Assembly (NCBI RefSeq): GCF_016432865.1 | Contig: NC_067400.1 | Span: 31,558,001-31,622,000 of the forward strand | Direction of reading: 5' to 3' | Length of the DNA: 64,000 bases | DNA from: Antechinus flavipes | Taxonomy: Eukaryota | Shown: positions 36,221 to 48,500 of the stretch, one piece after another | Position numbering within the stretch: position 1 is the first letter of the stretch | How the letters are laid out: every line of letters begins with the position of its first letter | The notes under the pieces: generated by a model | The model's input: the letters and a program-made list of their open reading frames with translations, nothing else | Told to the model about the DNA's origin: nothing | Database searches by the model: none | Position numbers and translations under genes: made by a program

Positions 36221-39011
36221 CATCTACACCTGTCAACTTTCAAATTCATAGGGGATTGTAGTGACATGGAAAAGTTCTAGTGTCTCGTGTGTCATCATAG
36301 GCTTTCCAATGAAGGCATAATAGGTAACATGCTGGTCTCATAACCTCAGGGCCTGCCGATGATATCATCTGATTCTGTGATTCTGAGCAGGTCACTTAAC
36401 TTTTTAATTTTTAGGCAGTTTTCTGAGACTGTTACATTCTAGGATCTAGACAATGAGCATTCATAAAACCCTTACTGTATTTCAGGCACTGTCCTAAATG
36501 TCACTGCCCTCAAGGAGCCCCTGGTTTAGGGAAGGCAGCAGACAATTACTGTGCCTCAGTAGGAGCATCTCAGTGGAAGTTGACAGAGCTCAATATGTGA
36601 AGACAGAAGGCCAGGAATGGAGTTAGTTTTGTTTCTTATTAACCCCAAAACTTATTTTTCCCATCTCTAAAATGAGATGAATTATGGTTATGCTATCTTC
36701 CTTATAGATCATTGTGAGGATCACTGTGAGAAAATGTTTAGAAAATGTACTTTGTGGCTCTAATACTCTGTACAAACAGTGGGCATCCCTATGCTATGTT
36801 TATAAAGGCCTAACAAGAAGCTCAATTGTGTGCTTATTGGGATCATTGATTTAGTTTTGGAAGGAACCTCAGAGATAATGTAGTCCAAACCCCTAATTTT
36901 GAGGGAATAGTAGACTGAGGCTCATGATGATTATGAATTGCCAAAAGGGCACACAGGTAATATAGAGCAGAGGTGAAATTTGAATTCATATTGTCTTACT
37001 CTATATACAATTCTCTTTCTTCTTTACTTTGAGGGTTGGCTATTTTGAACTTGATTTAATTAATATATATATTCCAGAACCTTGATATTACTGATGTGGG
37101 TTTTTTAAAAAAATATGTCTTCAGTCAAATGGATCCATTCACATTGGGTAACTCATACATATCTTTCCATAAATTCACCAAAGGATCCATGCCACATTCT
37201 AGCGACTTTTCCTCTTTTAATATTTAATGGACATGAGTTTTGTTTACATAATATCAAAAAGATATGGTCATTGAATTGGCTTTAAAAATGATTGGACGAC
37301 AAAACTGCCTAGAGTTTTTGGCTTTCAATAGAAGCAATCTTGGCTATGCACTTGAGTTGTAGCTACAGTCCATTCAGAGAGGCAGATTAGAATAGGTCCT
37401 TGGAAAAGAAATTGGAGTATCGAGTGTTTAAAATCCATCTTCCCTGTGGGGTCATAAGGAGGTGACTGAAGCTCAGTTTCCCATCTGTAAAATGGCCCGT
37501 AATGTATGTATTTCTCAAGGTCATTGGTAGACTCAAAGGAGTTAATGTATGCACATATGTATGTATGTAAACATGCAGGTGCACATGTGTGTAGGTGTCC
37601 TTGTGTGTATTTACATATCTTGAATACCATATAGATCGCAGTTTATATTCATTCAGATATTTCATGATGCATCCGGTGTGCAGAGCACTCTGCTAAACAC
37701 TATAAGGTTAAAAAAAATGTACAAAGACATAGACTCTGCCCTCAGAGAGCTCACACTGTCATATTCTGCCTGAATTACAATATTCATCCTAAATTATAAA
37801 AAGTAATCTTTCTGTCAGGGACCATGTAGATGTTTGAAGGTGACTGTCAAATCAATTTATATGAAAAACACAAACTGAATTAATGAGAGACTGTTTTGGG
37901 GGAAAATGTAAATGAAGATGATATTTGGTACTGTTTTTCATTTAACAAAGTATTATAATAACTCTTGAAATGCTCATGGAATATATCATGTTCATATTGG
38001 TATAAAGCATGACATAAGTATCGTATAAGCTCTGTTACTAAAGTTTCCTGCCATCTATTGTCACTCCCCACTCCTCAGTTTTACTTTTAACTTTGGGAAT
38101 AATAATCAAATTCAGTGTTCTCATTTCATGGAAAAGGTGAGTCACTAAATAGCCCCATTGCTTGTTTAATTTCTTGGGCTGAAATAGCCTTCCCTGATTC
38201 CCATTCCTCCATATTCACTATTTTCTTTTCCTTGAAGATAGGGCTATTTTGTTTTCTGTTGTTGCATTCCCAGGATTTAGGGATTGGTAAGAGTAAGCAA
38301 TTAGTTAATACTTTTCATTCACTTCTCTTACTGTGCTATGAAGAAATGAATTGAGGATTTATATCTTTCTATCCTCAAAATACTTCATAGGAAACCTCAA
38401 CATATTCTTTAAATGCTAAGATGTGTATTGAACTCCATTCAACCTCATCCCATTCCACATCTGCCATATTTCTGAATTCTAGGTTGGTTGATTCCACTAA
38501 AATTAAAGTTGCTACTACTCTGAACCACCATGGGTCCAGAGACCAATCAATGGTGACCCTATACTGACAACTCACTTTTCAAAACCTTTTTTTTTATTAT
38601 TTTCTTTTATTTATGGTAATACACATACATTAATTTTTAAAAACATTCTTTCTGAATCACATTGGGAGAGAAAAATAAGAACAGAAAGGAAAGACTACGA
38701 GAAAGGCGGGAAAACAGAGGAAAAAGGGAAAAAAGTAAACATGGCATATGGTGCTTTACATTTATTGTTCAGAATCCTCTCTTTGGATGCAAATGGCATT
38801 TTCTATCCAAAATTTATTGGAATTGCCTTGGATCACTGACCCACTGAGAAGAACTGAGCTTTTCATAGTTAATCATATCACAATCTTTCTATTTCTGTAC
38901 ACACTGTATTCCTGGTTCTCTTTGTTTCATTCAGCATCAGTTCATGTAAATCTTTCTAAGCCTTTCTAAAATCAGCTTCATCATTTTTATGAAACAATAA
39001 TATTCCATTAC

Positions 39012-39342
39012 ATAAATGATGGACAGAAACAGCTACACCCAAAGAAGGAACACTGGGAATTGAATGTGAACTATTTGCATTTTTGATTTTCTTCCCGAGT
39101 TATTTTTACCTTCTGAATCCAATTCTCCCTGTGCAGCGGGAGATATGTATTGTATCTAGGATATACTGCAACATATTTAACATATATAGGACTGCTTGCC
39201 ATCTTGGGGGGGGTGGAGGGAGGGAGGGGAAAAAACGAAACATAAGCGAGTGCAAGGGATAATGTTGTAAAAAAAATTATCCTGGCATGGATTCTGTCAA
39301 TACAAAGTTATTATTAAATAAAATAAAATTTAAATTAAAAAA
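39012..39342 (+). mobile_element. Young 5'-truncated L1 3' end nested in the older L1
   Basis: Perfect 16-bp TSD aataatattccattac (38996-39011 and 39343-39358), A-rich tail, same subfamily as 25504-25697. Confidence 0.9.
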
Positions 39343-39476
39343 AATAATATTCCATTACTTTCATATACTATAACTTATTCTAATCCTAACCTTAATCCAC
39401 CTCTTGACTCTAACCACAATTGATGAGCATCTACTTATTTTTTTAATGCTTTGACATCATACAAAGAGCTGTTATA

Positions 39477-39636
39477 TATGTTTAACCTATATTGGATTAC
39501 TTGCTGTCTAGGGGAAGAGTTGGGAGGAGAGAGGGAGAAAAATTTCGAACACAAGGTTCAGTAAAGGTGAATATCAAAAACTATCTTTCCATGTACTTTG
39601 AAAATAAAAAAGCTACTATTATTATTATTATTTTTA
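39477..39636 (+). mobile_element. Intermediate-age L1 3' end nested in the older L1
   Basis: TSD aaagagctgttata / aaagagctgctaca (12/14); same subfamily as 430-632. Confidence 0.8.
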
Positions 39637-40069
39637 AAAGAGCTGCTACAAACATTTTTGGACATATAGGTCATTTTTCCCTCCATTATTTCTTTGGAGT
39701 AGACCTAGTAGCAGCACTCCTAGATCAAAGGGTATGCCCAGTTTGATAACCCTTTGGGCTATCCCAAATTGATCCCAGAATGATTGGATCTATTCACAAC
39801 TCCATCAGCAATGTATTAGCATCCCAGTTTTCCCATATCCCCTCCAACATTTGTCATTATCTTTTCCTGTCATCTTAGCCAATCTGAGAGGTGTGAAGTG
39901 GTATCTCAGAGTTGTCTTAATTTACATTTCTCTAGTCAATTAACACACTTTTAAAAGAAACATGATGCAAACTGAAGTTAAATTATGGACAGGCACATTG
40001 AAATAAGTTTTCAGTATTCCCTGGATCTAAGCATAATCTTTGGAACTCGAATATTCAAAATAGTCCAAT

Positions 40070-40315
40070 AAGTCTGGGATCACCTTGATATGAGTACTTC
40101 TTCCACTGATGGGACTCTTGCTCCATCCATGGCAGCAGTTTCTGTAGCACACTTCTGCATGTATACCCATTGATTTTCTCCCCCAATGGTCAGGGAGTCT
40201 TCCTTGTCTTCTCTTGATATCATAAAGATGCCAATGGAGCCCTCAGTATTATCACTTGATTCTGTTACATCACCAGCCCCTTGTCACGTTTTACGTATGT
40301 TCTTCACAGATAGCG
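40070..40315 (-). mobile_element. Probable RTE-clade LINE fragment, runs into the gap
   Basis: ccattgattttctccc...cataaagatgcc...tcacttgattctgttacatcaccagccc resembles antisense RTE reverse transcriptase; recall only. Confidence 0.4.
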
Positions 40316-40448
40316 NNNNNNNNNNNNNNNNNNNNNNNNNNNNNNNNNNNNNNNNNNNNNNNNNNNNNNNNNNNNNNNNNNNNNNNNNNNNNNNNNNNNN
40401 NNNNNNNNNNNNNNNNNNNNNNNNNNNNNNNNNNNNNNNNNNNNNNNN
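40316..40448. other. Assembly gap (133 N)
   Basis: N run. Confidence 0.99.
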
Positions 40449-41127
40449 CCTGTGATATCTTTTCATTGCTGAATCCTCAATTTCAATTCTTTAGTAGGAA
40501 TCAAAGTGATTTTTAAAAATTGAGCACTGATAAGGTGCCAAGCATTAAATATACCATGACTTGTGACCATTTGATACACCAGAAAAAAATGTTGGTATTA
40601 AAATTCTTTTAAATTTTTGTTTGAAGGACAAATTTGTAGTTATTTTAGACGTTTTGACATTTTCCAAAAGCTCTTCCTCTTAAACTCTGGGTCTGACTCA
40701 TTGTTCATTTGCATTGTCTAATCACTATTTTCTCTCCTCTCCCTTTCTCCCTCTCTCCTTCCTCTCATTCTTTTCTCTTGTTCCCTCCCTCCCTCCCCAT
40801 ATATCAACTACCATTTATCTATTATCTTTCTAGATATATTTCTATCAAACATAATCATATTTCTGAAAATATTTTTCTATATAGATATACCTCTATTACC
40901 TTATCTTTCATCTATATAGATATTTTCCTCTAGCTTTTATCTTTCTAGATCTGGATCACCTTCCCATCTACTCATATAATCTGTCTTGATGCATCTTTGT
41001 CTTCTAACTATATTTCTCTCCACTCATCATCCATCTAGATGTATCTCTATCAAGATTCATATTTATCCACCATTTTTCTCAATATTCTTCTATCAGTTTC
41101 TCATCTGTACAGATACATAGTATATAA

Positions 41128-41305
41128 CAGAGGTGTTAACCTTTTTTGAGAAGGCAAAACTCTAGAGTGTAGCCAGAGCAAGGTTCAAATGCAATTGAGA
41201 AATGTTTAACAAAATAAATAAAAAATACAATAGAACACAGATAATGTTGACTTGTAGTTTTTTGAGGCATCAGGGATCTGTTTCTATTTGCATTTGATAC
41301 CTCTG
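41128..41305 (+). mobile_element. hAT-type MITE
   Basis: TIRs CAGAGGTGTTAAC / TTTGATACCTCTG (10/13 complementary). Confidence 0.7.
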
Positions 41306-42906
41306 GTAAAGTGGATTAGGAGCTGGCATCCAAGGTGTAAAGACCTGACTTCAAGTCACAGCTTTGACACTCTCCTTAGGAGCCTGTGTAACTCACTTAG
41401 ACTCCGTTTTCTACCTTACTCTCAGACAATTAGAAACAAAGAAGATGCTGGCTCTCATTGAAAGAGGGGACTTCCTCTCATGGAAGATCCTCAAACTAAT
41501 GAAATCATATGTGTAGTCCCTATCTTTAGCTTTAATCTATATAAATTTATATGTACATAAGTCTATAAAAAGTATCTGCTTGTCTATGTATTTATCTATC
41601 TATCATTCCCAATTCTATATGTTGTCCATCCAAATGCACCTCAAAGAGCTTTGGATTTGACCACCCAAGTCATAGAAAATCTAACCACAATTGAATAACG
41701 AATCATCCAATGTATTGGTGTTTGATTCATCCATCATTCTCCAGGAATTAGCCCTTAACTGTAAGAAGAACTCACAGAAAACTGAAAATACCATTTTATG
41801 TGCCAAAGTATTTTTCAAAAAATTAATCATTTTGAAGGATTTTTCTTCTCAAGAATATTGCACACATCACTGCCTGCGAGGCATTTTGGAGCATTATTTT
41901 TTACATAACAAAAAAAAAGATGCAATATGGTTGAGAGAGGCCCCCTTTCACACCTCCATTTGAATGATGCTGCTAACAGAAGCCATCAGGAAATGGAAAG
42001 CGGAGCCCATTTTCGTCCTCTGTGCTAAGCCATCGCTACCTTTTTATGGCACACTGCCCCTGAAAGTGAAGACAATTTTAAAGCCAATATCAGAGTCCTT
42101 AACTAAGAAGTAAGAGTGCTGAGTCTCTGACAGATAGAACCTGGACTGGATTGCTGGGGCCCTCTGGACTGTGTGTCTGCCAACAGCCCCAACTCTTGGC
42201 TACAAGCCTACGCTACTTGCTGCCAGCCTTATCACTTCTCTGCGGACTTTATATTTTAATACAAAAACCCCAAAATGCATTGATATAGTCAGAACAGAGC
42301 AGTAGATTCCTTGCTCCCGGTGAAGGAACTTTATTCTAATCTCCCATTTAAAATTTAAAAGCCCATTTTCTCTCCCCTAAATTTGCCTTTCTTTTCCCTT
42401 CTCCTGTTTTACATGTTTCTCTGGAACTGTTCTCTCTCTCTGTGTGATTCTCATTGTTAGTATTTGGGCTACAGGCTGGCCCTTCTCTTGTTTCTAAGGT
42501 AACCAATGGTCTACACAGATCTGTAGGTAACAGTGTGTGAAGTGAGTCTTGTCCCATGGTATCTATATATGTGGGGGACAAATTTTCTCCTTGCACATCC
42601 ACATAACGGAATGTTGCTGTGACAGTGGGTTCCTCTCTTACATGACCTTCTCCTCCAACTTCCCTCAAGAAGTGAGGACTAGAAATTTTAGGATGCTTTG
42701 AGTCTTCATGGATAGCTTTGCAATCTCCCACACTGGCCTATTCCCTTCCTTCTCTGAGTTAGATAATGTGCATTTAATGTTAGACAAGTAGAGAGCTCAC
42801 AAAAATCTACCATTCCAGACTAAAGGATCAAAGGATGACGAGCTAAAAGTGACTGTTGAGTTCTTCTCATCTGATGGTGTCAAATTGAAATAGAAATTGC
42901 TCCCTG

Positions 42907-43034
42907 CAGGAGTGTATTGATTGAGAACAACCACACATTATTGTATTGTGTTTTTATTTATTTTGTTAACCATTTCCAAATGACATTTTAATCTGGTTCT
43001 AACTAGTCACAGGGGTCTTTGAGTTTGACACTGC
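42907..43034 (-). mobile_element. hAT-type MITE, antisense copy of the 41128 family
   Basis: ttgtattgtgtttttatttatttttgttaaccatttcc...ttttaatctgg...gagtttgacactgc. Confidence 0.6.
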
Positions 43035-43348
43035 TTATCATTTTACAGATGAGCTTACTGAAGTCCAGAAGTTAAGTGATATGTCAGAGGTAACAAGATC
43101 CAGTAATTAAACTCAAGTTCTCTCTATAGATGTTGCCTACATCATGACCTCAGAATGCATATGTAACAGAGCTACTGGATGGCATACTGTTTCTGGAACT
43201 GAGAGGACCTGAATTAAGATCTATCCTCAGACACTTACTAACTGTGTGAATCTGGCAAAACCAAACAAACACAAATGAATGAATTAAAATGTATATGTCA
43301 CTTGAGAGGTCTCTTTGTTCTCCTCTACCATGAGCTTGGATAGCCTCT

Positions 43349-43500
43349 NNNNNNNNNNNNNNNNNNNNNNNNNNNNNNNNNNNNNNNNNNNNNNNNNNNN
43401 NNNNNNNNNNNNNNNNNNNNNNNNNNNNNNNNNNNNNNNNNNNNNNNNNNNNNNNNNNNNNNNNNNNNNNNNNNNNNNNNNNNNNNNNNNNNNNNNNNNN
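43349..43500. other. Assembly gap (152 N)
   Basis: N run. Confidence 0.99.
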
Positions 43501-44582
43501 ATGGCAAGGCAGCATCCAGTCCTGAATGAAGGGGAGGGGATAATTTAGGACACTGACAAGGCAGACTTGGTGAATTGCCATAGTTCATGGAGTGTGACTG
43601 GACCAAGGGGCAGAGTATCAGTGCTCATTCGCCAGCATGGGTCTATTTTTCTACTCTTGGCTGCTGGTTGGGAAACACTGGAAAATTGGCAAGAAAAGAC
43701 AATGTTCTGTGGAGGCAGGAGAGTTGTATTAAAACTGGCATCTAAAAAGCTTGGGGACTTGAAAGTTTTGATTCTTTTCTCATTCCTTTCATTCCTAAGT
43801 GGAATACTAGAAAGAAGTGTGCCATCAACCTGCCTGCCTTTCTGTCTGTCACAGAAACAGAAAAACGATTTTCTGTTTTTTTTTTTTCCTTTTCTCTTGC
43901 AGTCCTACTCTGATGTCATTCTTCTAACTGCTCTACTACTTAGGGGAAGGTGGGGATGGAGAAGGGACTGAAAGAAAAATAGAGGACAATAAATAGGGGA
44001 AAGAATAAAAAAGACAGAAAAATTGGATGTATACTAGAAGGAAAGATTAGATAAATATCAAGGGTATGAGTTACAATTTTCTTAGTACTTTAGAGACATC
44101 ATGATGTCATAATATCATAGCTTCAGAGTAAAAAGTCATGGACTTGAATTTAGGAAGACAGAAATTTGAATCTCACCACAGAAGTTTATTAGCTGGTCTA
44201 ATCACTTAAGCTTCTAAAGGAAAGTTAGGATAGGATTAGATATGAGAATTTTTAAATGCCAAAAAAATTTACATTTGAGCATGGAATTAATGAAAAACAC
44301 ATTAAATACCTACTGTATGCTGAGTACCTGGCTAAGCATTAGGGAATAAAAAAAAAATAAAAGTAATAACTTTTGTCCATAATGGTAAACTACCAGGAAA
44401 CGGACGGTCTAAGACATCAAGATAAAATATTGATAAAATAAGTACAATGTAAAGACAAGGGAAGGTGGTAGTCGGAAACTGGGAGTATCAGGGAATGATT
44501 CTTTTAAAAGATAGCAGTTACATTGATTCTTGAAGTCAGAGATTCAAAAAGTACTGAAAATAAACCAAAATTTAAGTTTTTA

Positions 44583-44771
44583 AAGTTTTATTTATTTATT
44601 TTTATTTTTTCATTATAGCTTTTATTTACAAGTTATATGCATCAGTGATTTTACAGCATTGACAACTGCCAAACCTTTTGTTCCAATTTTTCCCCTCCTC
44701 CCCACCCCCTCCCCCAGATGGCAGGTTGACCAATGTATGATAAATATGTTAAAGTATAAATTAAATACAGT
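44583..44771 (-). mobile_element. L1 3' end
   Basis: ttttcattatagcttttatttacaag...cattgacaa.tgccaaaccttttgttccaatttttcccct...cccccagatggcagg. Confidence 0.8.
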
Positions 44772-45339
44772 AGTTTTTATAATTTTAAACCAAACTGGCC
44801 CTTAAAATGGAGTTGAAGTAGTTGGAATAGTATGAGGGCAGAGTGGAAAAAGGAAAAAAAAAAAGGTTAGGTCAAGGATAGGAAACAGGAGAGAGAGAAC
44901 AATTAAGAGGCATCAAAGACAAATTTTGTTTATTTCTATATTTTCCTAATGACCTTTCTTTGTCAAGGAGACTTTGGAGAAATTGAGAAAAAAAAATTGT
45001 TACACAGGAAATAAGGAAATAGCAACTGTCAAGGTAGCAAAAATATTCCACTCAATGCAAAAGGCTTAAAAATAGTTTCCTAGACACTGCAGATACAGAG
45101 ATGAAAACAGAGCAGGCCCTACCCTCAAGGAATTGGCATCCCACTGGCTTGAAGATGGTTCTGCAGAACATTTACAACAGTAGTACATAATTCTAGGAGT
45201 TAATCACTGGTATTTTTTAAAATCTGATTCCCTCTAGACAAGTCTTGGGATAACCAGTAGTTTAGTATGGTTTCTAAATCTATTTCTATAATAGACAACA
45301 TGGACAGATTAGTTTCCTCCCTTGGTCAGAAGTATGGAG

Positions 45340-45530
45340 TAACAGAAATAAAAATCCTAGATCATAAATTTAGAACTGGAAATAGTCCAGTCTTAGAGGT
45401 CATCCAGTCTAAATCCCTTTTATTTTCAGATAAAGAATCTGAGGCTCAGAAATGGGCAGTGATTTCCTTCAAGTTACAGAGATAAGTAGAAAAGCTGGAA
45501 TCAGAACCCAATATTTTGATGCCAAATCAT
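45340..45530 (-). mobile_element. MIR/MIR3
   Basis: tagaactgga..cttagaggtcatccagtctaaatccc...cagataaagaatctgaggctcaga. Confidence 0.75.
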
Positions 45531-48500
45531 CTCTCTAATGCAAGTAAAATATTTTTACCATCAATCAATTCAGAGATAAAGAGTTTAAAGATGTGGAGTG
45601 AAATATCAGATATGTGATTATAGATATATCACAGAGTCCAAGAAATGACTCTTTAAACCTTGGTTTCCTCATGTATCAATGAGGAGAATAGTCTATAGAT
45701 CATCTCTAATGTTTTATCTTTTCCAGCTCTAAATCTATAATCAGCAATGATTTTTCTTAGATTGTATCCCTTAGATGGTTGTCATATTTTGATCTTGCCA
45801 TTTTATTATAGAATTGACAATAAAAATCAAGTTCTAAGAAGACTCAAGGAGCACAGATATTAGCTGTATCTGGTGATTTCAAGTATCTGGTGATGTTTCC
45901 TTTGGAAAACAGAATAGAATGTTCCTAGAGGATAGAGATAAGAAAAATAGGTAGATGACAGGAAGGAGACAAATCTTGGCTTCATGTTAGAAAACCTTCC
46001 TAATAATTGAAAGATCCCCAAAGTGGAATGGATTAACTGATGCTTCTTTTTTAAGGGTCTTGCAATAGAGTCTGGATGTTTACTTGTTGGGTATTTTGGA
46101 ATAAGGTTTTTTTTTTTTTTTTGGTTGCATTGTAAAGTTATTGATATCCCTTGCAATTCTAAATTTCTGTGATTTTTAACTTCTAAGATCTCTTCCATCT
46201 CTTTCAATGGATTCTATCTTTCAATCCCCCCCCCAAGGGTCTTACATTTGGAGATAGAAGGGACTTTAGAAATGTGTGTGTCCAATTCACCCATTTTATC
46301 GATAAGGAAACCTGAGGTCTAAAGATTCCTCAAAGTCACATCGTAAGAACATGAAGTCTTTCTGATCCCAGTTTCAGTGGTCTATTGTGCCATGCTCTCT
46401 CTTGGTAAACTCACTATAGCTCCAACCCAACTAGATTGCTTGCTCTTCCTTAACAATTCCTGACACTTTCCTTTCTCTATGTTTTCATATCCATTTTGTG
46501 GGCCTGAATTCTATTCATCCTTCAAGGCTCAGTTCATATCTGCATTTCCCAGTTGAAGCCTAAGGTGGACAACTCGGTCTCCAGTGATCTTGCTCTTAAA
46601 ACTCTTATTTAACTTGTCTGTTCTATAAAGCCTCATATTAGAATTGCTTTTATAATCTCTAAATGATTAAATTCTACAAGGGCAGGTGCTGTACTTTATT
46701 GTTCTTGTCCAGTAAAAGGATCACCTATATCCTTTCTCCCACCTCAGCCATTCTAGGCCAAACATTATACTGTGACAGACACTCAGTCAATGTTTGTTTA
46801 ATGGATAAATGAAATGCTAAAAAGTACTTCATTTGTAGTCTAATGAGTTCAAATCCTATCTTTGCCACATATTAGCTGTTTAGGCTTGGGCAAGTCACCT
46901 TGTCTCTGTGGGTCTCAAATTCTTTATGTTTAAAGGGAAGGGGTTGGATTAGATCATAGTTTCTTTACCTCTGATTCCCTTTGGCAGAAAGCCTGGGAAA
47001 CCCTTCTCTACTAAATTATTCAGGATTTTAAGAGAAACCGATTATATTGAAAGTTATCAAAATATGTTTTTTAAATTCTAGAACCCAAATTAAGAACCCT
47101 TGAAGATTTCTAAGGTCCCTTTCAGCTTTAAATTTATTATTAGGTGATTTATAATCACTCCCTTTATTCTCTAAATTATGATCCTAAGCAGTGAGAAAAA
47201 TCTTACAATCTTAAAAAAATAAATAAATTCAAATCTTTTGCATGAAAATCTTGGTTTTCCAAAGGCAAAATGAGTAGGTTGCATAATACTTCACTCGTTA
47301 AAAAAGGCCACCCACTGCAATAGTCTGGATGAGGCTAACTTCCACTGACAACCAGAGATTGAGGGATGTGAACAAGGCCAATTGCTCACATTTGGCCTGT
47401 TTTTTTTTTTTTTCCTGTCTATTTAGGTCTGCACATTTAGAGCTATGTTTATTTGCATGAGATTGGATTGGACCTGAGCTCATTTAAAGTGGTCAAAACA
47501 AGCATCTGACTGTTAGGAGTGCAGATGGGATTTTGGAGACGAGTCTAGGACTCTTAGTTGGAGAATATTTAGACATACCAAAGCTTTAGAGGGAGAGAGA
47601 AAATACAAAATGTGGCAGATAAAATTGGAAAGTATACATGGGATATCTGTCAAGAATAGTTGATGATGGATGTCCAAATGGGCATTTTGGAATTGACTCA
47701 TTGTAGGAGAGAGCAGAGAACATCCCATTGAAAGAGAGAAAATTAAACCCACAGGAGTGTGGAGCATTGGAAAGGGCTTTGGATTTGGAATTGAGAGACC
47801 CGCAACTTACTTCTTGCATGTTCTTGGGGAAGTCATATAACCAACGAATGTGTTAAATGTCGAGCTCTGTCCTGTACTCGAGAGTTACAAATATATTCCT
47901 TACCTTCAGGGATACTTGCCTTCTAATAGTTTTACGGGTTTTCTTGATCTTTTGGGTCTTTAGGCAGACTGGTAAAGACTCTGCTCCCTTCTCACAATGA
48001 TATACCTTTAAAATATAAAAGCAAATAATTAGAATTTCAGAAGAAACTTGTTATACTGATATACAGTATAATTATATAGAAAATGCTTTATGAGCCAAAA
48101 ATGAAGATAAAATGTCAGCTGTTGATGTTATTATACAAATGCCTATATTCATTTCAGCATTTCCTTAAAATAAAATAATTATACAATTGCTAAGTAAGCT
48201 TCAATACAGGGAAGACTAAAGTGAATAGTCCCAGGTCTCTTGCCAAATTACAAACTATTTTGGAAAGCAAAATTCATTCTTTTGGACCATGTAACTTGTG
48301 AGCCTTTCAGGGCACTAAATGTTCTGAAAGAACATAGCTTCTGGATGTATCAAAGCCCTAAGGGAGAAATTTTACAGGAAGAATCTCTTTTATAAAAATG
48401 GTTTATGACCACTGTCAAACAAAGGCTACCTTGATCCCACCAAATTTTATTTTATATATATATATATATATCTGTACTATATGTACATCTATATCTATCT

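Larger units (their letters stand above)
38588..39945 (-). mobile_element. Older L1 (3' UTR plus ORF2 end) hosting two nested L1 insertions
   Basis: 3' UTR homologous to 7545-8165; ORF2-end antisense signature gccaatctgagaggtgtgaagtggtatctcagagttgtcttaatttacatttctct. Confidence 0.85.

Noticed and set aside
39381-39417. Telomere-like filler (taatcctaaccttaatcc) inside the host L1
   Set aside because: Only about two degenerate units; cannot be distinguished from ordinary divergence.
42348-42731. 127-aa minus-strand ORF
   Set aside because: No domain or splice support; a length expected by chance in 64 kb.
18212-43606. ORFs spanning N-gaps
   Set aside because: Artefacts of X translation across gaps.
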